A model generated the notes under the pieces. The model did no database searches. It saw only the letters and a list, made by a program, of their open reading frames with translations, and was not told the origin of the DNA. This document shows, piece by piece, positions 55,901 through 64,000 of a stretch of 64,000 nucleotides of DNA (position 1 is its first letter; each line of letters starts with the position of its first letter). This DNA comes from Nemertoderma westbladi (Eukaryota > Animalia > Xenacoelomorpha). The translations under genes and the position numbers were made by a program. The DNA is taken from contig JAUCBJ010000640.1 of NCBI GenBank assembly GCA_032718475.1, positions 31,767 to 95,766 of the forward strand, written 5' to 3'.

Positions 55901-58093
55901 AGCAAGCGAATCAAATATGACTGGGAGAAACTCAGAACTGACAATGCAGGAAATGATGCTTACACAGTAGAAGTTCAAAACTGCTTTGAAGTAGTTCAGT
56001 CAATGGATGAAGACCAGTCTACCGATTCAATATACCAGAATATAATAACAGCCCACAAGGAATCAGCCAAGAGGCATATTCCCCAGGAACCCAAGCTATA
56101 ATATTATGTGCCAAGGCAAGAACTTGAGGTTACTTGTAAGAGAGAAGATCTTAAGATAGCCTACAAAGTTAAAACCGAACAACCAACAACAGAAAACATT
56201 TACAAGGTTGAGAAAGCTAAGGACGATCTTAAATTGGCCTACAACATCAGCCAAGAAAAGTACATACAGGATAAAACTGAAGCAATTACAACTGCTCAAA
56301 TACAGCAACAATCAAGACTTACCTGGCAAACTGTAAATGAGGTATCTGGTCGGAAAAGTTGTGCTAAGGGGCGCCTCAATGCTGATAGTCCTGAAGAACG
56401 TGTTGGGACATGGAAAGATCACTTCAGCAAATTGCTTGGGCAGCCACCAAACATTGAGATCAGCCCTACAAGGAAAATATATGACAAGACGCTACCTATA
56501 GAAACAGAGGACTTCACACCTGCCGAACTCCAAAGAAGCATTAAAAGCATGCCCATTCATAAAGCGAGTGGATTAGATGAAATCCCTGCAGAGGTATGGA
56601 AAACAGGAGTGGTAAACATACCATGGAGGTTTGCAACCGGATGCTGAATGGGGAAAATCCACCACCAATTTGGACTAAAGGTCAACTGAAGCCTCTCCCT
56701 AAGAAAGGAGACCTCGGTGTACCAACAAACTATCGTGGGATCTGTCTGCCTATGGTAGCTGCCAAAATATACAACAAAATGATTCTATATAGGATTAGGC
56801 CTCACATAGAGATACTGCTGCGTAGGAGCCAAAATGGATTTCGACCAAGTAGATCAACAATAGCTCAGATACTTGGACTACGGAGACTGATTGAGGGAAT
56901 TAAGCCAAAGAATCTCCCCGCTGTCCTGACTTTTGTGGACTTAAATAAAGCATCTGAGTTAGACTGTAGACTCAATCCATAGAGGTAAAATGCTGGAAAT
57001 CCTAAGACTTTATGGAATACCAGAGGTAATTGTTATTTTAGTAGGTATGGTAGTTGTTGTTTTCTCATTTAATAACCAGGGCAGAAATAACTCCAAAAAG
57101 ATAGTCTATATTTTCCTATTCAGAGGTAATTGTGGCTGGCATTGGATTATTATATTGTGACACAGAAGCTCAGGTACTCAAAGGGTGAAGATCTGGGATT
57201 CACACTACAAGAACGTAGAAGTAGTAGATATCCGGCAACTACAGTCACAGACACCGACTTTGCGGATGGCATCGCCCTTCTCTCTAATATGCTAGCAGAT
57301 GCACAGCTTCTACTAAATAAAGTGGAGAGGGCTGCTAAGGAGGTTGGATTGCATATAAATGCTACAAAGACCGAATTCATGACCTTTAATGTTGATGGAA
57401 ACTTGACAACCATTGATAATAATCAACTAAGGCAGGTCGATGACTTCCAGTACCTTGGATCATGGATAGAGAGTAGCAAAAAGGACATAGAAGTTAGGAA
57501 AGCAAAGGCTTGGGTAGCTCTATCAAAAATGGATACCATCTGGAAATCAGATCTCTCCAGGCACCTGAAGACTAAGTTCTTTCGAGCCACAGTGGAAAGT
57601 GTATTTTTATACGGGGGTGAGACCTGGACACTGACGAAATCACTTGAACAACGAATTGATGGTTGCTACACAAGACTACTAAGGGCAGCCCTAAACATCA
57701 GCTGGAGACAACACATGACAAACGCCGAGCTTTATGGTACAATACCACCTGTATCAACCACCCTCCGTGGACGACCGGCTATAACATATATAGATCAACT
57801 TGAAAGGGATACTGAACTTAGGAGAAACGAAATTGCGACAACTATGGAGAATCGGGAAGCCTGGAAGGATCTCATTTCCACTGTCCGAGTTCGCTCGACC
57901 TAGTAGTAGTAGTATTAGGTACATATACATAATGAGTATTATTTACCGTATGTTTTTTTGTACTGTAATTTCCTATTCATTTTTTTAGCCTGGTGTGGGG
58001 ATATCCAGCGTTCGTTGGATGAAATCGCACAAACTATTATCACCTCATCACCAGATGATAATGAAGAGAGTAAATAAATCTAGGAAATCCTAG
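49835..58093 (+). CDS. TRPM2: TRPM2-like cation channel, 3' part (coiled coil, S/T/P-rich linker, NUDT9-H domain); 7 exons: 49835-49989, 50092-50184, 53442-53686, 53943-54139, 54683-54863, 55190-55453, 57989-58093
   Basis: All introns are GT-AG with consistent phases (2 in; 1,1,0,2,0,0) and the joined frame is open to TAG at 58,091-58,093. Motifs RRLEFIEDQAERTNIVLQHIVEKL (TRPM coiled coil), YPGSNVIRFPVP, TEFSNYSPPFYTA, GLPLNPKGRTGIAGRG..FGPNH and IYKGYLGDERNTDNSWVET match NUDT9/TRPM2 NUDT9-H from memory. Transmembrane exons are not in the window, so orthology is inferred. Confidence 0.85.
50092..50184 (+). CDS. TRPM2: TRPM2-like exon: basic linker (IPTASNVNRKETIPKIEVTPEKKQNTPRKKS)
   Basis: TTTCCTTGCAG acceptor, GTAAGT donor, 93 nt, phase 1-1 compatible with neighbours. 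Confidence 0.7.
50467..51210. mobile_element. Older degraded relative of the adjacent MITE family
   Basis: Starts TA|CACCATGT like the MITE terminus and shares TTTCTACAA..TGAAATTTGAAACA. 51,130-51,200 (GAAAGCT..GGATTCCAAATATGTA..TCTGAATTTCGT..CTGAGA) resembles the MITE centre at 51,542-51,611. Boundaries approximate. Confidence 0.45.
51278..51894. mobile_element. Non-autonomous DNA transposon (MITE) with ~250-bp inverted arms and TA target-site duplication (Tc1/mariner-like)
   Basis: TA|CACCATGTCCCGTAATATA... and ...TATATTACGGGTCATGGTG|TA. Arms 51,278-51,526 and 51,652-51,894 are reverse complements (e.g. TTTTCTACAAATCTTTATCATATTGCTTGAAATTTGAAACAC / GTGTTTCAAATTTCAAGCAATATGATAAAGATTTGTAGAAAA). 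No ORF. Confidence 0.88.
51994..52554 (+). mobile_element. 5'-truncated non-LTR retrotransposon fragment, restriction-like endonuclease (RLE) C-terminus, probably CRE clade
   Basis: GC-rich island in AT-rich intron. ORF 52018..52554 has RADLVARGVW..FDI....DA.SY..E..KKRHY..FTPLV.TTDG..EA..L..LA..R.RLQFALLRS..LCLRG.R, the pattern of CRE-like RLE domains. Confidence 0.8.
52868..52959 (+). repeat. G-tract repeat (Gn-ACTGGACGCWA)x3 plus long G run; G-quadruplex-capable
   Basis: Four G runs of 10 or more nt separated by the same 11-nt linker. Confidence 0.85.
53442..53686 (+). CDS. TRPM2: TRPM2-like exon: S/T/P-rich linker and start of NUDT9-H (..YYPGSNVIRFPVPKRSRKWS)
   Basis: Within ORF 53405..53698; TCTTTATATAG acceptor, GTGAGT donor; YPGS..RFPVP..W motif. 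Confidence 0.85.
53943..54139 (+). CDS. TRPM2: TRPM2-like exon: NUDT9-H cap (TEFSNYSPPFYTAPDV...VNRESHTGKYKIDSGLP)
   Basis: TTCTAG acceptor, GTAAGT donor, 197 nt open frame translated by hand; not in the ORF track. Confidence 0.88.
54163..54420 (+). mobile_element. tRNA-derived SINE with CORE/Meta-like central domain and L2-like (ATT)n tail
   Basis: A box TGTCCGAGTGG (54,170-54,180), B box GGTTCGAATCC (54,224-54,234), GTTGTGTCCCTGGGCAAGACA core, tail AAAGCGCTTTGAG..GAAAAGCGCTATATAAAT..(ATT)n. Confidence 0.8.
54683..54863 (+). CDS. TRPM2: TRPM2-like exon: NUDT9-H (NPKGRTGIAGRGVFNRFGPNH...LEFIAVK...WRLPE)
   Basis: TTTTCAG acceptor, GTAAGT donor; NPxGRTGxxGRG..GPNH signature; overlaps ORF 54720..54995. 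Confidence 0.9.
54870..55140 (-). mobile_element. Probable tRNA-derived SINE, antisense in intron
   Basis: Minus strand shows A-box-like TGGTTACGATGG and B-box-like GAGTTCGATCC (~55,072-55,082); 3' boundary uncertain. Confidence 0.4.
55190..55453 (+). CDS. TRPM2: TRPM2-like exon: degenerate Nudix box and RNTDNSWVET motif
   Basis: TACAG acceptor, AAG|GTTAAT donor, 88 codons; overlaps ORF 55244..55507. Confidence 0.88.
55532..57914 (+). mobile_element. Decayed RTE-clade LINE (APE endonuclease + reverse transcriptase), 5'-truncated and frameshifted, (TAG)n tail
   Basis: IAGDLNAEIG..NRNG..SDH (APE); KASGLDEIPAEVWK, PLPKKGDL..NYRGI, QNGFRPSRST, FVD..KA, DFADGIALL (FADD mutated), FQYLGS, VESVFLYGGETWTL across ORFs 55664, 56108, 56596 and 57130; tail TAGTAGTAGTAGTA at 57,901-57,914. 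Lies in the last TRPM2-like intron. Confidence 0.93.
57021..57133. mobile_element. 87-bp insertion with 13-bp target-site duplication inside the RTE
   Basis: CAGAGGTAATTGT at 57,021-57,033 and 57,121-57,133. Removing 100 nt restores YGIPEVIVAGIGLLY. Confidence 0.75.
57989..58093 (+). CDS. TRPM2: TRPM2-like terminal exon (PGVGISSVRWMKSHKLLSPHHQMIMKRVNKSRKS*)
   Basis: TTTTTTTAG acceptor, phase 0; VRW....L...H..I...V resembles the NUDT9 C-terminus. Confidence 0.75.
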   Translation, partial: PGVGISSVRWMKSHKLLSPHHQMIMKRVNKSRKS

Positions 58094-59216
58094 TCTCCTC
58101 GATAAAATTCCACCAATCAGAAAACAGATGTACAAACATTATTTTAGAATATCTCTTTGCACTTGCTATCATAGGCTGCCGTTCTTATATTACTGTGTTG
58201 AGATGCAGGACTGTAGCAATTGGTATACTGTATGAAAATTGTATTACAATTCAATGAAAGTGTTTTAATATAATATCAAATATTTGTTGTTTGACGCTCT
58301 CTACTTTATTACAGCTGCTTTTGCCGCTGACTACTGCTTTACTTAATACCATAAATAGAGGGCTTACTTATATACACATTGTTTGTTTATAGTCTGATAA
58401 AGTTTTGTGTCAGTTCTCTGAAAACCAGAGGCATAATAGCAGACACTTTGATGTCAATTTGTAGTCATTCGAATTAAGAAGACCCTTGTATTACTGAATG
58501 AAAAGTGTTTGGGAGAGGGTACAACTAACATATAATCCTGTAGTGTACCCTATATTGCTGCTTTTCAAAGTACTAAAATTGATTAAATTAATTATTTTGA
58601 TTTACATTAAACTTTTTGTCGAGATGAATTTTATTATAATTTATATAATCTTATAAGTTATAATATTGTCGACCCTCCCATTCGTGTTACTAAACTCACT
58701 ATTTGAGAAAACTTACCTGTTCTTTTAATATAAACGTTGTTTCAATATTACAGTACATTTACTAATATAAGTAATCTAAAATTATTAATTAATTATGTAT
58801 ATAGAATACTTTATATGAATTTTAATTATTTATCCATTTTATATAAATATTTTGTGCGATAATCTAAATACAACATCGCGATATTTATTGTATAACCCAG
58901 TGTGCACAGACTAAATACAGTTGAATTTCGGCCAATTTAAAATAGTGGCAAATGTTTTGTTCTTATACTTTTCTTTATCGAATAACATTATTTATCTTTA
59001 GACCAAATTCCTGGATTACATTATTAGTTCGGGAATCTTTTGTCTGGTTTACATTTTTCTGGGTACCTTTTGTACTTTTTCCTGTTTCTTTGTCCCGCCC
59101 AGAAACTTTTTATTTATGTAACAAAGTTTCTTACTCCCAATATATAAATCCATGAGTAGCACAATAATTGTGAGTATTGCATGTGATATTGGTGGTTATT
59201 TCGTTGCAAGTTGAAC

Positions 59217-62200
59217 TTAGTCCTCTTCTATAAAACTCATTCCTTGCGATATTCTATTGTCCATCATGTTGAAGAACACGTTACGACTCTCACTGTCTAC
59301 TCTGCAGAAAAAAAATTATATTAATGAATGGGAGATTCTTTTAGGCCCATTATACCAAGGAATGCCTGTTCACCACCATGGGTGATCTTCCACAGTAAAC
59401 CCCCCTACTCTATTTCTAAAGGAATGCCTGTTCACCACCATCGGTGATCTTCCACAGTAAACTCTTCCACTCTGTTTCGTATAGGAATGCCTGTTCACCA
59501 CCATGGGTGATCTTCCACAGTAAACCCTTCTACTATGTTTCCTAAAGGAATGCCTGTTCACCACCATGGGTGATCTTCCACAGTAAACCCTTCCACTCTG
59601 GTTCCTAACGGAATGCCTGTTCACCACCATGGGTGATCTTCCACAGTAAACCCTTCCACTATGTTTCCCAAGTTGCTTTGGTTCCAAAGCAACTATGATT
59701 ATATTATTATTAATATAATTATATTAATAATAATTATATAATTATAAGTTCAAATTTCTTACGATTATAAATATTACCTCTTGGCTCTAAACTAGTTTAT
59801 ATTAGTCCAGAAATCAGGATTAACAATATGTTTAGGAAAACTCATAAAACTCATTTATTTTAAAGTTTTTATAAATTATATAATAATAATAATACATATT
59901 TATATAGCGCCGATCACGGAATATTTCAAGGCGCTTAATTCAGCGCATATTTCTAGGCGCCGAAACAATATGGTAAATAAAATAAAACCGTGATGCGATA
60001 TTATATTTAGTTTATTAGGCCTACGTTTTCCAAAAACAGTTCCTCATTACAACTCATTCCTTTTTCAACTTCATTAACCATTTGATGCGGTCTCTCTTTA
60101 TCCAATCTAATAAAAGAGCTCTTAAACGGTTTCACATTATTATCAGTATTTGAGTTTAGCGTTGCTGACATTTTTCATGGAATTAATATAATTTAGGTAC
60201 TTCAAAACGGTAACGCGCCATTAGGTCCTACGTATGATAGATCCTACGTATCGTTAGGTTCTATGTAATACGGTAGTTTTAATTCTATTTACAGCTGATT
60301 ACCATAGCAATAATTAAACTGTAACTTTTGTTATTGACTGTCGTTTATTATTTTGGTTAGAATTCACATGACACCGTAACCTGCTCCTTTCTCTTAACTG
60401 CACCTGGATATGACACACACAGCAGGACCTAATGTCGTTGAAGAGTAATTAAACTATTTATGAGGGATATAAAAACCTATTTATTTAAATTCACCTGCTT
60501 CCAGAAACGGGTATTGGTTTTCGGTACGTTATCATATTTTCTAATTGATTTATCATTGGTTGAAGACGCACACAATTTAAGTCGTATATAAATGCCACTA
60601 CTAATATAAAACCTAATTAATTACTTATGTGGCATATTCTCATCACATTCTATGAAACTAAATCAGTCTGGTAATGGCAATGTGCGGATGATGGTGATGC
60701 GAGAAGGAAGAATATGGCATCCCGGTCTCGTTGTTGTTCCTCCCAGCGCGCGCGCACATCAATTATAATGTCGGAGCATTCCAATGCCATTCCATTATTA
60801 GCTGACCTCGCTATGTCAAAGTTATCCCCTCCGGCTTACCTCTCCAAGGCCGTTTCCCTCTGTACGATCTTCGTCACGGAATAATAAGAATTCTTACTTA
60901 TAATTGGAGTTTTAAATCCGGTTGAGATTTTTTTATGGCACTATAAATTACCTGTCATTTGCTTTGGGGGGGCTGGGCGGAGTCCTGGGAATATTGGGAT
61001 GTTCCGGAAACTGAACTGGATTGGTTGCCATAGCGACACTTCGAATTCGGGTGTCGTCGAAAGGCGGGTTGTTGACGGAGAGTTCTGTAGAAGAGGTTGT
61101 GACGTCAGCACTTCCCCTTCTCGTAATTGGAACAACTTCATTTTTTCCAACAATAACTATAAATCCTGAACAATAAACGCAAGCATTATTTACAGTTTAC
61201 ATAAACAAATGTTTCATGGTTGCTAAATAAATAAAATAATATTTTAACAATTTTCCACAAACATAATATTTTTTGGAGGAGATGTCCCATCAACCCCCTC
61301 AATCAATACATACAATATTATAGAATCAACCAGAACTGAGTACAAACTCTAAGGTCTACTACACGTTTAACCTTCTAACCAGAAAATACCCTTTCCTTTG
61401 AAACCGGAAATTTGTCAGCTTTCACTCTACACCTTTCTCACTTACCGCATTTCTCTTCAGCATAGGTCTACTACTGCTACTGTAATCGGCCTGCTGCATT
61501 GAAACTTGACATTGAGATGCTATGCCGGCTTAACAAAAACATTTTGTCACCGCCATGCAATCCATAATTGGCAAGCCCAATGCAGCATGCATTAAGAATG
61601 CTATGCCGGCTTATCATCAAGGTTGCACTGTCACAACTCCCTATCCCCCATGATTTTCGCGAGATTATCCGCATCTTCAGAGGCCATAGTGTCCTTTAGG
61701 AGGCGTCTCACGAAAGTCATGGGATGTCCACCATGCTTATTTTCTCCATGGGGCTGCTAAAGCACAAGATTGTCGCTGTACACCCTCTTTAAACCCCACT
61801 ATAACTCCACCCCCCCCCCCCCCCCCCCCCTCCCCCCACCACCACACCCCACACAACTAAACCAGTGCCCAATCCCAATATCACACCTCCAACACACCCC
61901 GCTCACTTCACCATAACCCAACCCCTCTTCCCAGACCATACCCCAAACCCCCCACCTCACCCCAGCATACGCCTCCCCACCAAACCCGAACCCACCCTAC
62001 CCAACTAACAATAATGCCACTATATCTCGCCTATAAAAATAATCTGTCTGATTTTAAGTTGGATACTAACCGCTAGACCGTCTTCTGTTTACAGAGTTGC
62101 GTTTTTTCCACGCCATCATGTTTATTGGTTCTAAAACTAAAACAAAACATAAAAACATTTATATCTGGTATAGAAAAGTGGGTAAAATGGTGGTGTAAAG

Positions 62201-62727
62201 GATACCTGCACCCACACCTACACAACTACCCCCTGAGGCCTAGTAAGACCTTCTGGCGGCTGGCTGGCGCCCAGGGGGAATGAATATGAGATAGCACCCC
62301 CCCCCCCCCCTCGCTAAGCCTCTGACTACCCCTTCGGCAGGTTACAGCGAGACGGGTTTAATTTAGCACAACAATAAACAAGACTTAGGAATACGTTCAC
62401 ACAGCATAAAAGGGGGCGTACTCAAATCAATTAATAGAGACTTTATATTCCAGGAAATGGCGTATTCCGGTTCTATTGTTACTGTAGTTGTAAGATTTAG
62501 GTCTATAATATCATCCCTCAGAAAGTCTGAGAGTATATGTAGTGAACTCAAATTGTACTGACACTACTGTAATTATTAAGTACAGCAACGATTTAATTAC
62601 AAAAGTTATGATTTTATTCAGAACGCATACTTTCGGATTTTGTGCTGCCCCTTCGGGTGTTACGGGTAACAACAACTTTTGTCTCCTCAACGTCTTCCTT
62701 TGGATTGTCGCTAACATTGCAACCCAT
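59217..62727 (-). CDS. C1orf21: C1orf21-like (DUF4612) small lipid-anchored protein, ~170 aa; exons 62727-62631, 61165-60952, 60896-60840, 60540-60495, 59791-59778, 59301-59217
   Basis: Six GT-AG exons with matching phases give MGCNVSDNPKEDVEETKVVVTRNTRRGSTKSERFIVIVGKNEVVPITRRGSADV...ALERKYDNVPKTNTRFWKQFRAKRVDSESRNVFFNMMDNRISQGMSFIEED*. The C-terminus matches the recalled C1orf21 motif SESQQEFFRMLDEKIEKG, and both proteins begin MGC. Confidence 0.72.
59357..59670. repeat. 63-bp minisatellite, 5 copies, in the last intron of the C1orf21-like gene
   Basis: AATGCCTGTTCACCACCATGGGTGATCTTCCACAGTAAAC recurs at 59,361, 59,423, 59,486, 59,549 and 59,612 (periods 62, 63, 63, 63). Confidence 0.95.
59879..59936 (-). 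mobile_element. Isolated L2/SINE-like 3' tail fragment
   Basis: Minus strand AAGCGCCTTGA..GGCGCTATATAAAT..(ATT)n has the same architecture as the SINE tail at 54,355-54,420. Confidence 0.5.
61469..61780 (-). mobile_element. Old RTE-like LINE 3' end fragment
   Basis: Minus strand reads approximately LVL*QPHGENKHGGHPMTFVRRLLKDT..L...MGDR, resembling the RTE C-terminus (W.P.HG..RGRP..TY...L..DT..M.DR), followed by a degenerate (TAG)n tail. Confidence 0.45.
61806..62005 (-). repeat. C/A-rich low-complexity tract (G/T-rich on the transcribed minus strand)
   Basis: 20-nt C run followed by many CCC(C) runs with almost no G on the + strand. Confidence 0.75.
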
Positions 62728-64000
62728 TGTTTAATCACCACATAAATTATTGTATAAATCTACACTACATTGTATATTTAAATTATAAATATTTATTATT
62801 CGTTATTTATAAAAATACTTCTACAATACAATATGAACATTGAACAACCACTATAACCATATACAGTATGCCTGTGCACATTAAGCCTTTCATTTATTAT
62901 TTGAAAACATATTTACACCTGTTTTTACATGTTAACTTTTCGGAAATTGGTCATATGCGCTGCGCATACTACATTAAAACCATAAGGCGCCACTATCCTG
63001 TAGCTTCCAATAGCCAAAGATACGAGGCAAACTTCGTCCTCAAGAAAGCTATGCCTACGCCCAATCTTCGCCCAGTGTTTATTATTTTGACATGCAATTT
63101 CTTTATTGTTGATTACATGCCACTGTAACCTGTTCCGAATTCAATTATTTCAATGTATAACATATTGATAAAAATAAGTTAATTTGGGGAAGACCCTATT
63201 ACCCTTGCGACATGAATGTTCAGTAATTATCTTAAACATAAAGCACCGGGCTGATTACATCCACCGTCTGGGTCTCAGTTGCTTTTTAGTTACGGTAATT
63301 GCTGTGGGGCTATCGACAAGTAAGTGGGTTTGCATTGCATACGTGTAGTACCGGAACCGGTACCGCTGTGTTGCAACTTTTGTCTGTAGTTCTCTCTATC
63401 GGCATATATTTGAAGGCTAATAACTCAAGTCAATCTTTGACGAAATTAAACCAAACTTGGTACTTGGTAGTCTGTCAAAAGTTTGAAATAAAATATGCGT
63501 GGGGTGATTCAGCAGTTCACCAGTGTCCCGCTAGAGGTCCACTTGGCAACTTGGCAATGGTTGAAATAAGCTTGCTCGCTTACTTATTATTTCGTCCTGG
63601 CGAAGGCCCCACGAACGTAATGGCCTGCTAAAAGTAAATTATTTTAATAACTAAATATAAAGCCATATATTGTATAATCTTTAAATACTTATATTATAAA
63701 TTTTGAAAATAACACAGGATATACCGGTACCTTACTAAAATTTTAAATGGTATTACAAACATTAAAAAGTTATTGCCCAATAAGGTTATATATATATAAC
63801 CTTTGCCTGTTTTGATATGTTTTGGACAAAGAAATAGAAGCGTATCAATGGAATATATCAGTCCAGTAATGCATTATCAGCCAATGAGCTGGAGTCACCA
63901 ACGAAGCGGTATTGTTACTGGTTTGATGGAATCCAACACATTATTTTATTTGGCACAGAAAGAAATATATTTCAAACCACAATAGCGCGTTGTAATATGA

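Noticed and set aside
58068-58078. GAGTAAATAAA in the last exon (and GTGAGTAAA at ~53,809 and ~53,919) as source of the satellite
   Set aside because: Only 9-11 bp matches in AT-rich DNA; flanks do not match the unit.
53006-60394. Inverted 23-bp exact (~80-bp imperfect) match at 53,006-53,086 and 60,316-60,394 as ends of a transposon carrying the NUDT9-H exons
   Set aside because: The interval cuts through two different genes and no TSD is evident. Two independent copies of a dispersed repeat is the simpler explanation.
60652-60837. Stop-codon readthrough extension after ..ALER* on the minus strand
   Set aside because: The TAA is part of a good AG|GTAAGC donor whose use gives a consistent gene model. 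The following open stretch has no recognisable motif.
62868-63985. Short ORFs at 62868, 63299 and 63803, and those at 50137-51168
   Set aside because: No recognisable motifs or coherent exon structure; consistent with chance ORFs in intronic, repeat or upstream DNA.

Overview
AT-rich eukaryotic (probably invertebrate animal) genomic DNA, not prokaryotic. Positions 1-49,663 are one uninterrupted tandem array, open at the left edge, of a 42-bp unit (GAGGTGAGTAAATAAAGAGRGAGTTYAGGTTAATATACCYCC) with 45-bp and 41-bp variants, roughly 1,150-1,180 copies estimated from length. It lies just upstream of the last seven + strand exons of a TRPM2-like channel gene (coiled coil plus NUDT9-H domain, 49,835-58,093). 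The unit looks like an amplified exon-end/5' splice site: it reads ...VQVNIPP-AG|GTGAGT and joins the next exon in frame (AG|A = Arg). If so, a ~200-nt intron has grown to at least 50 kb and carries over a thousand decoy donors, each followed by an in-frame stop and AATAAA. The upstream exon that would confirm this is outside the window. The NUDT9-H Nudix box has lost its catalytic residues. A convergent minus-strand C1orf21/DUF4612-like gene (MGCxxS start, 14-nt microexon) spans 62,727-59,217. Introns carry a TA-flanked MITE, a CRE-type retrotransposon fragment, tRNA-derived SINEs, decayed RTE LINEs, G-tracts and a 63-bp minisatellite. Exons were assembled by hand from splice signals and phase. 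Family assignments come from recalled motifs, not database searches.
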